DNA of 43,399 nt from Catajapyx aquilonaris (lineage: Eukaryota), in the NCBI GenBank assembly GCA_000934665.2, contig KZ538870.1, positions 1-43,399 of the forward strand. The letters are read 5' to 3'. Within the stretch, counting starts at the first letter, position 1. Every line of letters starts with the position of its first letter. Positions 24,147 to 35,488 of this stretch are shown here, piece by piece. The translations under genes and the position numbers were made by a program. The notes beneath the pieces are model-generated. The model saw only the letters and a list, made by a program, of their open reading frames with translations. It did no database searches and had not been told where the DNA came from.

Positions 24147-27100
24147 CTATAAGAGAGTGATTGGCATTAATAATTTGTATTTCGGCTAATTTCAAATATA
24201 ATTAGAATTTTGAAACGATGTGAATTTTAGTCCTCCCTGTAGATGTCAGTTGTGGAGTATCCAGATTGTGGCGCATTTTAAGAGGCTATTTAGCAATTTT
24301 AGCTGTTTTCCTCAGAGTTTCTAATGGAATCTGCTCGCTTAATATTAATGGCGCATTTTTCACTGCACGCAGTAACTTGAATAACCTTTGCTAATCATAG
24401 GCCTGCTGCACACTAATTAATGGGTGCTGGTGGTGGAATACATCAGCACCTAATGAGTAACTCTTATTCATGTTGCATCAAAAGGAGGTTTTAAGAATAT
24501 ATTGTAGATAATTTTCACCCAAATAGCAATCTCTCTAAGAAAAAGGATAGACTGAATCTTATTTTCTAGTTGTGTATATGCCTATTTTTATATTAACGAC
24601 AGCAATTCATTTCAGGCCCAATTTTTTTTTTACGAAATGTCCTCAAACATGCCACCAATATATAAGGAATATTCCAAGTTCCAAAAATGTACAATGGAAG
24701 GCTACATTTCTCGGAAATGTAGGAAAAGCACCGCCTCGTCGTCAAAAAGAGAATATGCTATTTATACTGTAGGATGATGCTTCATATTTTATTGACCCAT
24801 TTCTGAAACAGTGAAACTTATGCATTTACGTCAGTGAGCTTTTCAATTGCAGTCTTCTAATTATTGAAGTGTCTTAGTGGTTCGAGACTTTGTGTCACTA
24901 TAATGCCTTTATTATTAAGCAATTACATGACTTTGAAGAGCCATTAAAAATATAACTTTTGTCAACTTTATCAAAAGGATATTATGTTGAGTAGCACGTT
25001 GATTCAGGCTCTGAAATTCAATAAAATCTTAAGTGTGATAAATTAAATTAAACATAATTCCTGAGGATAGTGTTTGAATTAACCTTTGACAGGCTATATG
25101 CCCTTCTTCAGGCTATTCCATCCTATTAGCTGAAATATTTCACAACCTATAAAAAGTAACTATTCCAAAGTAACTGCTTACGGCCAGAAAATTGCCAACC
25201 ACTATAGAGGCATTTCAGTTGGAGCACACTGTAATCATACACAACAAAGAAGCCCTTCCGAAAATAGCAGACCATGTTATGCTCACTACTGATTGAAATG
25301 ATATGGCGTACTCCCAAAAGTCCTGCCCATCATTTATTTTCTTGGAAACGTGTGTCTGTATATAGGCGCATGAAGTCCGGTGCATCAATTTTGTATTCCT
25401 CCCAGGACACTGAGATGGCCTAGATAAACTGATATGTTTTTAATGAGGTCACTTCAGAACTTGACTATGCTTCTGCGTACGCAGTACTGTACAAAAATAG
25501 GTTATCCATACCTTCAAGCGGAAAGAGATTGAATTTTCAGCCTCTGGCTCAGTATTACTTTATAATTTATTTACAATCGAATGCACCTGCAAGATTCTAA
25601 AAACTGCATTGTCGTTATGAATTCATCTAATACCATCATTTCCTGGCCAAGGGGGTTCGGGGGGGGGGGGGTATACTTTCGTATTAGACTGGAATCGAAA
25701 ACAGATGATCCGGGTTACATGGCGGGAGATTGTAGGATTTCAACAGATGGGAACATGTCTGAGGGTGGATTCATCTGACACGGGTGGACAAAATGTGCAT
25801 TGAAGTAGTCACACAGTATATTGTCGTTTTTATACTTTATAGGTTATGTAGATACGTCCCAATAAGATCCAAGAAATTTTAAAAAATTATTGACATTTAA
25901 AACACAAATGTTGACACCAAAAATATGCGTGGTAATATAAACTTAGTCATTTTGTGCCGTACTTAAAGCAACGGGCAATGAACTCATGTTTAATTTACAT
26001 TGCGCAGTACATCAATGAGAGCATTTTCATGTCACTTGCAAACATAAACACTTATTCACTTACCACCAGCGGGCCATACATGGCAGTTTGGTCGCAGCTA
26101 CAAATTCCTCCATGTCCGGCATGAAATAGCGGCAAACAAACGTACGTCGGGCATCTGTAGCAGACTCTATGCTGAATATTCATGAGAAAGGATGTCCCTA
26201 TTTTTGGACGGTGGCATGGGATGGACTGGATTGCCAGTACCGTATTTGATTTCAAAACCAACTCCAGATTTACATATGCAGACACTAGACGTTGTCAACG
26301 TGTTTTCATGCGTACACCCCCACAAACCCCTGCATGTAATTAAACTGTGGAGGATTTCCAGTCAGTTCACCCGGGGAGACAACTCATGCTGCAGCACAGG
26401 CGAAGGTAATGAAATTAATGAGCGTTTTTGCAATATGGACAGAGGAGTCTAAGGCAGTGTTGGATTAAGTTGAATTGAGTGATTAAAGAGAGTTATCCGC
26501 AGAAGTATTGTTTTTGGAAAGTCATATTTGTTTATGGCGTATAAAGTAACCGATGTGAAATATTCGCTTGTTCAGCCACCAAAGCTTTTAATAAGTTGGG
26601 CTTAATTCGATTTCAAAGCGTACATGTGACACTTTGACACGATTTATCTCCACTCAAAATGCCTCGTTGCGTGATATAAATGTTTGATTGATCAACTGTG
26701 GTATGTGTACAGTTAAAAAGTTAAGTGAGTAGGCCTAGTATAAAATGCGGCAGTGTAACGAACAGCGGAATTGCAGCATTTTTGCGAATTAGCGTTTGCA
26801 GACAAAAATGTGTCATATATGGTAAAGGACATTCCGTAACCAAACGAATAAATGTGCGGTGAATTCCAGGCCACTAAATGATCATTTAATGTTCAGGTGC
26901 TATTTGGTCGTTACTGAGATAATTAGTTTTAATCGGGAAAAACAGTACATCCTGTCCTTTCAGCGGGAACTGCCTTCGACACTCGGTTGGATATTTTATC
27001 TCATGCGTCCACAGGGTATAATTGATATAAACCACGTTTTACAACTTACATTTTAAATTGAACCATGTAATTGGAAAACAACGTCACATAAAAAAATGAT

Positions 27101-27237
27101 TTTGTACTGTTGTGAGCTCCTCTGTACAGTACGCCACTGGGAGTGTCGCACGTACTATACACCAATCTGGGTGGTACAGATGCAATTGGCGAATCCAACC
27201 GTGATTCCGTGGTGAATCGAACCTGTCACAATGATTA

Positions 27238-28425
27238 CACTGGTCTACAAAAAAAAACTTTTTTTGTGTAGCACGGGAAGTAATATGTGATTCTAATAGT
27301 AAATTTTCCGCCGAATTCAAATATGTAATTAGTTTCTTTCTATCACGCAGGGTGTTTACGTAACACACAATTTAAATTTGAAGGAGACATATGAAGCTGG
27401 TATATAAGTTACATATGCATTACCCATTAAAAAGAAGCCATTGATGACCTTCTGCTGTATTTTACTTGTGGGATATCTCCCTTGAGTGTCCAGCAGTAGT
27501 CTGCCAACATATTTGGATTCCATTTTCCTTGGTACCGCTTTTCCATGCTGGCGATGTCTTGATGAAATCGCTCTCCTTGTTCATCGCTGACATCGCCAAG
27601 ATTCTCCGGGAAAAAGTCCAGGTGGGAGTTTAGGAAATGGATCTTAATGGACATGTTGCATCCCATAGCTTTGTGGGAGTCCAAGAGTTCGCGTACTAAT
27701 TCACGGTAATTTTCAGCCTTTGAATTCCCCAAGAAGTTTTTGGTGACACTTTCAAAGGAATTCCATGCTGCCTTTTCTACGCTGTTTAAGTGCTCCTCAA
27801 ATCTTGTATAACTCATCAACTGCCTTATTTGAGGACCCACAAAAATCCCTTCCTTAATCTTGGCATCACTTATCTTAGGGAATTGTTCCTTCAAGTAGAA
27901 AAATCCATCACCAGTGCGGTCCATTGCCTTAATGAAGTTTTTCGTTAATCCCAGTTTAATGTGTAGGGGGGGGGGTAAGTAAACATTCTCAGGTTTGACA
28001 AGTGGATGATGGGACACATTTCTTTCTCCAGGAGTAAACGATTCACGTGCTTTCCATTTCTTTGCAGTGAAATGACTTTTTTTTTGTCTCGGCTGTCCCA
28101 TTCACATAGAAAACAACAATACTTTGTGTATCCAAGCTGCAATCCGAATAAAAATGCAATGACTTTCAAATCGCCACAAACCTTCCAGACATATGTCTCG
28201 TAGTCAATCTTTTCCAGGAGGAGTTTCATATTTTCGTATGATTCTTTCATGTTTGCGCGTGAGCTAATGGTACAGAAGGAACTCACAAATTGGCGCATAA
28301 AAACAGTCGTAGCAAAAAAACCATGCGTGATGGAAAGATTCTAATTACATATTTGAATTCAGCGTAAAGAGTTCTATTAGGAACACTATCAGTGATCTTT
28401 GCTACAAAAACCTTGTAGACCAGTG
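27238..28425 (-). mobile_element. Chapaev3-like (CMC superfamily) DNA transposon, internally deleted, 1188 bp
   Basis: 13-bp perfect TIR CACTGGTCTACAA / TTGTAGACCAGTG. TTA TSD (27235-27237, 28426-28428). Subterminal inverted repeat of about 44 bp (27310-27353 vs 28320-28363). Transposase remnant inside. CAC..GTG ends and a 3-bp TWA TSD are characteristic of Chapaev3. Confidence 0.85.
27427..28298 (-). pseudogene. Chapaev3-like transposase, C-terminal part, frameshifted
   Basis: ORFs 27945-28298 and 27427-28101 join across a T9 run (28077-28085). Motifs: MKESYENMK, CGDLKV, GYTKYCCFLCEWDSR, PPLHIKLG, EGIFVGPQIR, KIHFLNSHLDFFPENLG, SDEQGERFHQDI, ADYCW. PSVPLAHA lies in a third frame just after the ATG, implying a large N-terminal deletion and a second frameshift. 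Confidence 0.85.
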
Positions 28426-28477
28426 TTATTATCAATTAGTCAAAAAAATACTAGTATTGACGTCCTGAATGTTAAGA

Positions 28478-28793
28478 CCATGGTCTTAGAATACTAAGGT
28501 CTGGTCACTCCTTCTTATCGCCTGCCGGGGCGTTTTGCATGAGTTGCTCACTTGAGAGCGCCATGAGACAGCTTTCACTGCTCCGTTATGTGGCGACCCT
28601 ACCGGACCGCGCTGAACTTAGGTAGAAGGGAAGCCGCTACATGCGGGCCCAACATGGCCGCGGGCGACCATGTTGGTTCCCCCAATGTACCTATAAAGTT
28701 CAGCGCGGTCCGGTAGGGTCGCCACATAATGTAGCAGTAAAAGGTCTCATGGCGGTCTCAAGTGAGCAACTCATGCAAAACGTGCAGGCGATA
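28478..28793. mobile_element. Palindromic MITE 'family A', right end truncated or replaced
   Basis: Starts ccatggtcttagaatactaaggtctgg like 30521. Arms of about 110 bp pair around a central ccaacatgg..ccatgttgg hairpin. The right arm diverges after gcaggcgata. Confidence 0.85.
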
Positions 28794-30043
28794 TGATAAT
28801 ATTGTAGGGGTAGTGTCCGGGGGCTGGTTAAGACTCCAAAGTCAGCAGGTTCATATCAGCAACTTAAATATACTAACCCAAACATTACAACTCCATAAAT
28901 ATTTTCAAATTGTAATTAGTGTAAAACTGCAATTCACTACGATACGATGGACCCAAACAACACCGACGGAAATAAATACTGAACACCACATCCTAACACT
29001 ATCCATGCCTAAAAAGACACCTTTCATCCGCACAAAAGCATAAAACTGACGATAATTACACCAAATGCACCGTGTTCAGAAAACGCGTTGAAACGTGCCA
29101 GAATATTATTGGCATTCCCCACTGAGTTTGCGCCATACCCGAAAAGAAAATTCACGCTCGACCAAACTCGAACGATAAACAATGTGACACTTACATCCAA
29201 CGGACTTGAACCGATCGGGACCGGAAAAAGTAGCCACACGTCATTCCCCGCGGCCTTAATCCCCTCGGGGGTTTCCAGTACATTGTATTATTATCCGTCA
29301 ATGACATGGCGGCTGCAAGCGGGTCATTTATAGCCGGTGCATCAGGCTTAAACTCGCATTAACCTCCCAGAGCTGGAGCTGTCAGTGACCCCCCTCTAGC
29401 TCTGGCTCTAGCTCTCTCGCTCCCTCTTTTAGGATTGATAATCTTTGTCGGTGCCATCGTTTTGTTGCACAGCATTAGCACCCGAGTCCCTGCTCCTTTG
29501 TCTTGGCCAATTCGCAGGGGAAATAAATAAAGCGGGAGAGCGGAAGGCAAAGATTGCCCGCCCGTCACCACCAGATAAGAGGAGATGGCGGGTGATTCAA
29601 TGACTTTTCCATTAGATCGCACCTTTCGCTACAATTTCATTTTGTCAAGGTAAGGGGGTCTTTTTTTGTGTGTAGGGGGACAAAAATAGGGGAGACAGCA
29701 AGCGACTGAAAGTTAACACCCGCTCCTCCTCCTTATTCTCCCATTATTGAATTGGAGCTCTGCTGGTGGGCAAGGGAGAGAAATAAAGAATGAATTTGGT
29801 TGGTGTCGGGGGGCCATTTACATCCAAGTATTCGGCAACCCTCCCTAGTCCCTACCTATTTTCCACCCCTGTTTTGCCTTTCAAACGAGAGGAGTTAATT
29901 CCCTTGACAATTTCGGAGGCAAATGACACTCTTCTTTGTATTGCCCTACGTACTGGATCGCGTTTCTGCCTGCGTGCTCTGTAATGGTCTGTTGACTTAG
30001 TGCGTTTACACTACAAGGCCAGACGCGCTTGAGACTACATAGT

Positions 30044-30120
30044 AAAGCTGCGTTTACATGTGAGCGATTTGACGAGCGAAATCTTCACCTATAGGCTGAG
30101 TAACTCAAGTAACCAAAATT
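30044..30120 (+). mobile_element. 'Family B' MITE left-end fragment
   Basis: aaagctgcgtttacatgtgagcgatttgacgagcgaaatcttc...aagtaaccaa matches 30360-30420 and 39574-39625. Confidence 0.75.
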
Positions 30121-30193
30121 ACAAGCAGCCCCCGGACACTACCCCTACAATCTTATCGCCTGCCAAGGCTATGGAGTATGGAGCCTACAGGTA

Positions 30194-30357
30194 CAGTACT
30201 GGCCAATAATCGAGGCAACGACTAGCGACATTTTCCCGAAGCGGCAGAAGAAGGAATCGAAGATAAGCATGCCACAAGCCGGGCGAGCAAGATTTCTTCT
30301 TCTTCCGCTTCGGGAAAATGTCGCTAGTCGTTGCCTCGATTATTGGCCAATGTACTG
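30194..30357. mobile_element. Tc1/mariner-type MITE 'family C' (164 bp)
   Basis: Ends CAGTAC..GTACTG. TIRs of about 55 bp (ggccaataatcgaggcaacgactagcgacattttcccgaagcgg). TA TSD at 30192-30193 and 30358-30359. The empty site (caggTAcgttt) is preserved in the opposite arm of family B at 31254-31264. Confidence 0.92.
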
Positions 30358-30520
30358 TACGTTTACATGTGAGTGATTTGACGAGCGAAATCTTCGCCGA
30401 GTAACCCAAGTAACCAATATTGTTTGAGGCGAAAATCGATTGTTAATTTCGCCTCGGCGACGATTTCGCTCGTCAAATCGCTAAGAGTAATGTCGATTTT
30501 CGCCTCAATATTTCTTGCAA

Positions 30521-31093
30521 TCATGGTCTTAGAATACTAAGGTCTGGACACTCCCTCTTATCGCCTGCAGGGGCGTTTTGCATGAGGTGCTGACTTGAGA
30601 GCGCCATGAGATTGCTTTTCACTGCTCCATTTTGTGGCGACCCTACCGGACTACGCTGAACTAAGGTAGAAGAGAAGCAGCTACATGCGGGCCCAACATG
30701 GCCGCCGGAGACCATGTTGGGTCCCCCAATGTAGCCCTTCTCTTTTGTACACCCGCGAGCATAAAGATGGAGACGGCAGGCTGCTCTGCCAATTGCAGCT
30801 ATTACGGTATCAAATATACTGTCATAAATACACGAACACACGCCTGATGCAGCTAACTCGGTCCAAAAGGAGTTCATTCATTTGAGTCGGATAATGAAAG
30901 GTCAAAAAAGGGCCTGCCGTCTCCATCTTTATGCTCGAGGGGTACCTATAAAGTTCAGCGTAGTCCGGTAGGGTCGCCACATAATGGAGCAGTTAAAAGC
31001 GGTCTCATGGGGCTCTCTAGTGAGCACCTCATGCAAAACGCCCCTGCAGGCGATAAGAGGGAGTGTCCAGACCTTAGTATTCTAAGACCATGA
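30521..31093. mobile_element. Palindromic MITE 'family A', complete, carrying element D
   Basis: Arms of about 140 bp (tcatggtcttagaatactaaggtctgg... / ...ccagaccttagtattctaagaccatga). TTGCAA on both sides (30515-30520, 31094-31099). Two other copies in the window. Confidence 0.88.
30750..30942. mobile_element. MITE 'family D' (193 bp), TA target duplication
   Basis: TIR of about 31 bp CACCCGCGAGCATAAAGATGGAGACGGCAGGC / GCCTGCCGTCTCCATCTTTATGCTCGAGGGG. Inserted at G-TA-C. The empty site gtacct(a/g)taaag is present in the family A copies near 46 and 28687. Confidence 0.9.
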
Positions 31094-31421
31094 TTGCAAG
31101 CAATATTGTTTGAGGCGAAAATCGACATTACTGTGAGCGATTTGACGAGCGAACTCGTCGCCGAGGCGAAATTAGCAATCGATTTTCGCCTCAAACAATA
31201 TTGGTTACTTGGGTTACTCGGCGAAGATTTCGCTCGTCAAATCACTCACATGTAAACGTACCTGTAGGCTCCATAGGCATTGTGGAAACAATGCTGGACA
31301 AAAAAACCTTATATTGTTGTTAATTATTTTGCCTTCTGTTACATTTCTGGAATTATTTGACGAAATAACGTCAATCATTTGGAGGAAAAATTAATGGACA
31401 GTTGGAAGTTTTTTTATGTAT

Positions 31422-31654
31422 CAGGGTGCTCCAAATTCGTGGGTCGTTTTTTTATAACTGATATCGCTCGATAGCAGTTATTTTTTGTAGCTTGTTGTGC
31501 CCCTAATCTGGTGCCATATTCTGTAGTAACTGCTGTATTCGACCCCCTCGGAGTAATGGGGCACCTGATTAGGGGCACAACAAGCTACAAAGAAATAACT
31601 ACTATCGGGCGATATCAGTTATAAAAAACGACCCACGAATTTGGAACACCCATG
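31422..31654. mobile_element. Tc1/mariner-derived MITE with CAGGGTG terminus
   Basis: Arms of about 94 bp (cagggtgctccaaattcgtgggtcgttttt.. / ..aaaaacgacccacgaatttggaacaccc). TA near both ends. Confidence 0.85.
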
Positions 31655-32290
31655 TACAGTATACGGAGCTAGACTCAAAATTCTTCGATGTAGACGATTG
31701 TAAGTGGCGCGTTTAAATTAGACAACTTCTAATTTTGCCATGATTAGTTGCAGTCCATAATGAACTGAGTGAAAAGTCGTGTTTTTGCTTATTATTTGTT
31801 CTAGGAATTGATTACATATCTCAAGGACTCCATGGTTGCGACATATAAATAGATTGAAATCGCTATGTGCTTTGGTGGTGAGGGACAGTAATTTTGTGGT
31901 GGACGTCTACTGATAGGCAGGGGAGGTTATCAATCAAAAAGCAGACAAAGGTAAACTAACCGGGCGGGGAAGAGCAAAAATTGACTACATCGCATTCAGC
32001 AAACGAAGACTATACCATGTAATGATAACGTCAGCGCATACGACCAATCAATATCCGGTGTTTCATTATAAGCGTGCCCCGATTAGAGTGGTAGATTTAT
32101 ATTATTTTAATCCCTACCGTCCGTATTTGTTCAGCTGGTTTCACACCAGCTAACAACTGATTTTTTAAGCTGTTTCATTTGCGGCTTGCGGATATTGTCA
32201 GTGACCTTCAAGCAATTAGCAGCCAGCCAGATAATTTAACTGAGTTTTTTTGTTTTGTGTATGGGTGTGTTTTTTGGGAGGGGGGGGGGG

Positions 32291-32535
32291 NNNNNNNNNN
32301 NNNNNNNNNNNNNNNNNNNNNNNNNNNNNNNNNNNNNNNNNNNNNNNNNNNNNNNNNNNNNNNNNNNNNNNNNNNNNNNNNNNNNNNNNNNNNNNNNNNN
32401 NNNNNNNNNNNNNNNNNNNNNNNNNNNNNNNNNNNNNNNNNNNNNNNNNNNNNNNNNNNNNNNNNNNNNNNNNNNNNNNNNNNNNNNNNNNNNNNNNNNN
32501 NNNNNNNNNNNNNNNNNNNNNNNNNNNNNNNNNNN
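32291..32535. other. Assembly gap flanked by poly-G
   Basis: 245 N characters with G runs on both sides. Confidence 0.99.
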
Positions 32536-33016
32536 GGGGGGGGGGGGGAGTTTAGGGAGAGGGAGGTTGGATGCAGCCGTTTTGTTGGATGGTTGAAATA
32601 TTGCCCCGCTATATTGCGGAAGTACAGAGAAATGAAGGTGCCCTAAAAGCACCCATTTGTCATAGTAAAGCTAACTCGAGGTGATCTGTTCGGGACAAGT
32701 GAGCGTGTTAGAGGATCTCCAAATGTCTCGTTTAGTCTTCAAGAGGTTTGGGCGGATGGGATATATTGTTGAGTCCGCGATTGGAACGATTTCCAACCTT
32801 TGTAGATTTTTCAACAAGTGTAAATAGAACTACAAAAAAAAGGACGCGTTATGCAAAATCACGTGACTTCCATTTTGAAATCACACTTTTATTGATGGGT
32901 TGACATTATGCAAGAACTGCTACTTGCTTGAAGAATGTATAACAAAATGTAAGATTATTGAATTTATTGCATTGTCGCAGTACGATTCGTTGCAAATTCA
33001 GCATCTGGTTATGTAT

Positions 33017-33163
33017 GTATCAACAGTGCAAAAAGAACTGTCCCAGTCATCCTGACGTGTGGGCTGGCCGCTCGACACACACCATGTAAGTTACATGGTG
33101 TGTGTCGAGCGGGCAGCACACACATCAGGATGACTGGGACAGTTCTTTTTGAACTGATGATAC
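33017..33163. repeat. Near-perfect palindrome with arms of about 70 bp and a single-base loop
   Basis: ..gctcgacacacaccatgtaa-G-ttacatggtgtgtgtcgagc.. centred on 33090. caaaaagaactgtcccagtcatcctga pairs with tcaggatgactgggacagttctttttg. Confidence 0.93.
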
Positions 33164-33224
33164 TAATGTACAAGTAACATTAACTGTTGTTCAGATAACT
33201 TTGATAACGCCTTAGCGTTAGTAA

Positions 33225-33519
33225 GTACTATCGGTCTCAATTAGTTTCGGCCACTTTATCCTGGTCTTGAAGCAAGCCTTCGCACAGGCCCCACGGTTAT
33301 GAGGTGTGTGTGTGTGAGAAGGGTTGCTTCAAGACCAGGATAAAGTGGCCGAAACTAATTGAGACCTATAGGGGCTCAAATTGTTTTGGCCACTTTATCC
33401 TGGTGTTGAAGCAACCCTTCACACACATACACACACACACATGCTCACCATGGGGCCTGTTTGAAGGGTTGCTTCAAGACCAGGATAAAGTGGCCAAAAC
33501 AATTTAAGCCCCATAGTAC
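33225..33519. mobile_element. Two related MITE copies in opposite orientation (33233-33366 and 33371-33512)
   Basis: Each has TIRs of about 49 bp containing ggccactttatcctggt(c/g)ttgaagcaa. Their cores (caggcccca plus a GT repeat) are reverse complements of each other. Joined by TATA; outer flanks gtactat / atagtac. Confidence 0.88.
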
Positions 33520-35429
33520 CTGCCTATACTGTATAATAAGCAGATTTACAAAACAGTTCAATTCAATTGGAATGCAATCTGTACCGTAGACAGAACAAGA
33601 ATGTTTTGCACCATGTCCTAAAGTGCGATTTTTTTTATCTAGTAGCACTTATCAGATTTTGGCAACTATAGACAACATACTGTACAGTTAGAGGCTTTCA
33701 TGCACAGTGCGTACATATCATGTTGCAAGAGTATAGTGAGTATACAGTGCAGGCTAAGCCTTGTGTGCTCTGACAGAATACTTGATCTTTCTACATATAA
33801 TACAAACAAAAAAGACAATATCTTCTTGTATACTGCAGCGTTTATGCCTGCGGCAGTAGAGCGACCTACGCACTGCATTATTACGCAAGACTGAAGCGAC
33901 TTCGTGAGTGTAGGATGAGTAACCTCATTATTATCTCAGCATGATGAATTACAGATGGCTGCAAGATTTACAAAATGAATGAACAGCCACTAATAACAAT
34001 ACACGAAAAATGAAATTTTAAACATGTTATCACTCTGCTGTTGACCAAGTGGTGTTCAATACTTACAATTAACCATGGTTTTGAATGAAAATTTGCAGCC
34101 TGTGAACCCAGCTTTGTTTCCATGAAAGCACATGCCACTGTGAATTCTGGAGCTGTTTCCATTATCATTATAATGGACCTTATCGATGCCTTGTGCTGTA
34201 TTCAAAGTTTCATTTGAACTGCACAGTTCTCCAAAACTCAACCACTATATGCCATAGCATCAGATAATAGATCTCCATCTCCTGTAATATTATGACCGAA
34301 TTCTTAATGAAGAATACGAGAGTGAATATCGCAATCTGGACTGTCAACCCTAGCATTATAGTGTTCCAATACTATTGTAGACTACCTTCTATTGAAAGTG
34401 CACCGGTGCTATAAGCCAAAACCACAATCTACCGCCGACATCTAGATATACTCCCCGCCTAGAATTCCACCTATCAAATCCAAGCAAGACAGACAAAAGG
34501 TAACGGCTTTTTCTGTTACGAAGTGGCACGCCACCTGAAATAAGAAACGGCAGGAGATCCTCGTGAACGAAAGAGCTCACCCACCCCACCCACTCTATGG
34601 TCGTCCTCTCTAGCAACCATTCTGAAAAGGGAGGGGGGGATTGGCACTGTCAAAGAGGAGGACTGGGAGCAGGGGCCGTAAGCAGGGAGCAATGGGCCAG
34701 AAGAATGGCTGGCCCGAGTGGAGAAGTGAAAAACAAACGCACTTTTCGCCCTGGTAATGGATGGGCAAGTTGGCTGCGAGAGGAGGAAGGAGAAGTAGGG
34801 ATAGAGCCATGAAGGCGGGGACACAAGTGCCACTAAAGATGCCTATCATCGTTGCGGCTCCGTCAAGTGCCCTGCCCCTACAGTAAAAATAGCTTCCTCT
34901 ACATTTTCCTCCACTCATACTTTCTCCGCTTTTACGACGCGTTTCCTTACGAGGAGCCTCTACTTGGTGTACGATTTCATGCCGGCCTCCCTCCCACAAC
35001 TGGAGGCCATTTGGAGGGGGGGGGGGGGACGAACTGGGTGGGCTTTAGATGCTGCGACTTTTTCGGAACACTCGGAAACAGTACTAGGGGATTGCGTTTG
35101 GTCTCGTGTGCCAGACAAATTCTCCTTTCTAGGCTGCTTCCGAGGCCTTTTTTTTCTTGCCCTTTCTTAGGGGAAAGATGGTGGGGGAGTATAGGTGCTG
35201 CTTGAGCTTGCGAATGCTGTGATAATTAAGCGCCATCTATGTAATGGAGAGGAGGCAGGAGGATGTGGCTTCATCCTGGATAGCAGGCAGCCAGACTTTC
35301 TTCACTGTTCGGCATTCACGCTAGACATGGACTGGTAGGGGCAATAGTACGTTCCCTGATTGGAGCCCATAATAATTGGATGGCTTGTCGCATCATAATC
35401 AATCCCCACCATTATTACTCCATAAATGC

Positions 35430-35430
<1 letters not shown>

Positions 35431-35488
<58 letters not shown>
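35431..35488. repeat. (TAA)n microsatellite, about 19 units
   Basis: Directly visible. Confidence 0.98.

Larger units (their letters stand above)
30188..31264. mobile_element. 'Family B' long palindromic MITE (Harbinger-like GTTTACA terminus) hosting three nested insertions
   Basis: Left arm (30188-30193 plus 30360-30520) is the reverse complement of 31094-31264. Termini caggtacgtttacatgtgag / ctcacatgtaaacgtacctg. TA on both sides. Confidence 0.82.

Noticed and set aside
26052..26452. Cys-containing ORFs and a minus-strand GTAAGT near 26058-26063 as a possible exon
   Set aside because: No recognisable protein motif or clear acceptor site; a lone donor motif is expected by chance.
32179..32652. 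Several ORFs spanning the N run
   Set aside because: Artefacts of translating the assembly gap.
33233..33512. Repeated ~35-bp units as a CRISPR array
   Set aside because: The units alternate in orientation (TIRs), the spacers are related to each other, the context is eukaryotic and there are no cas genes.
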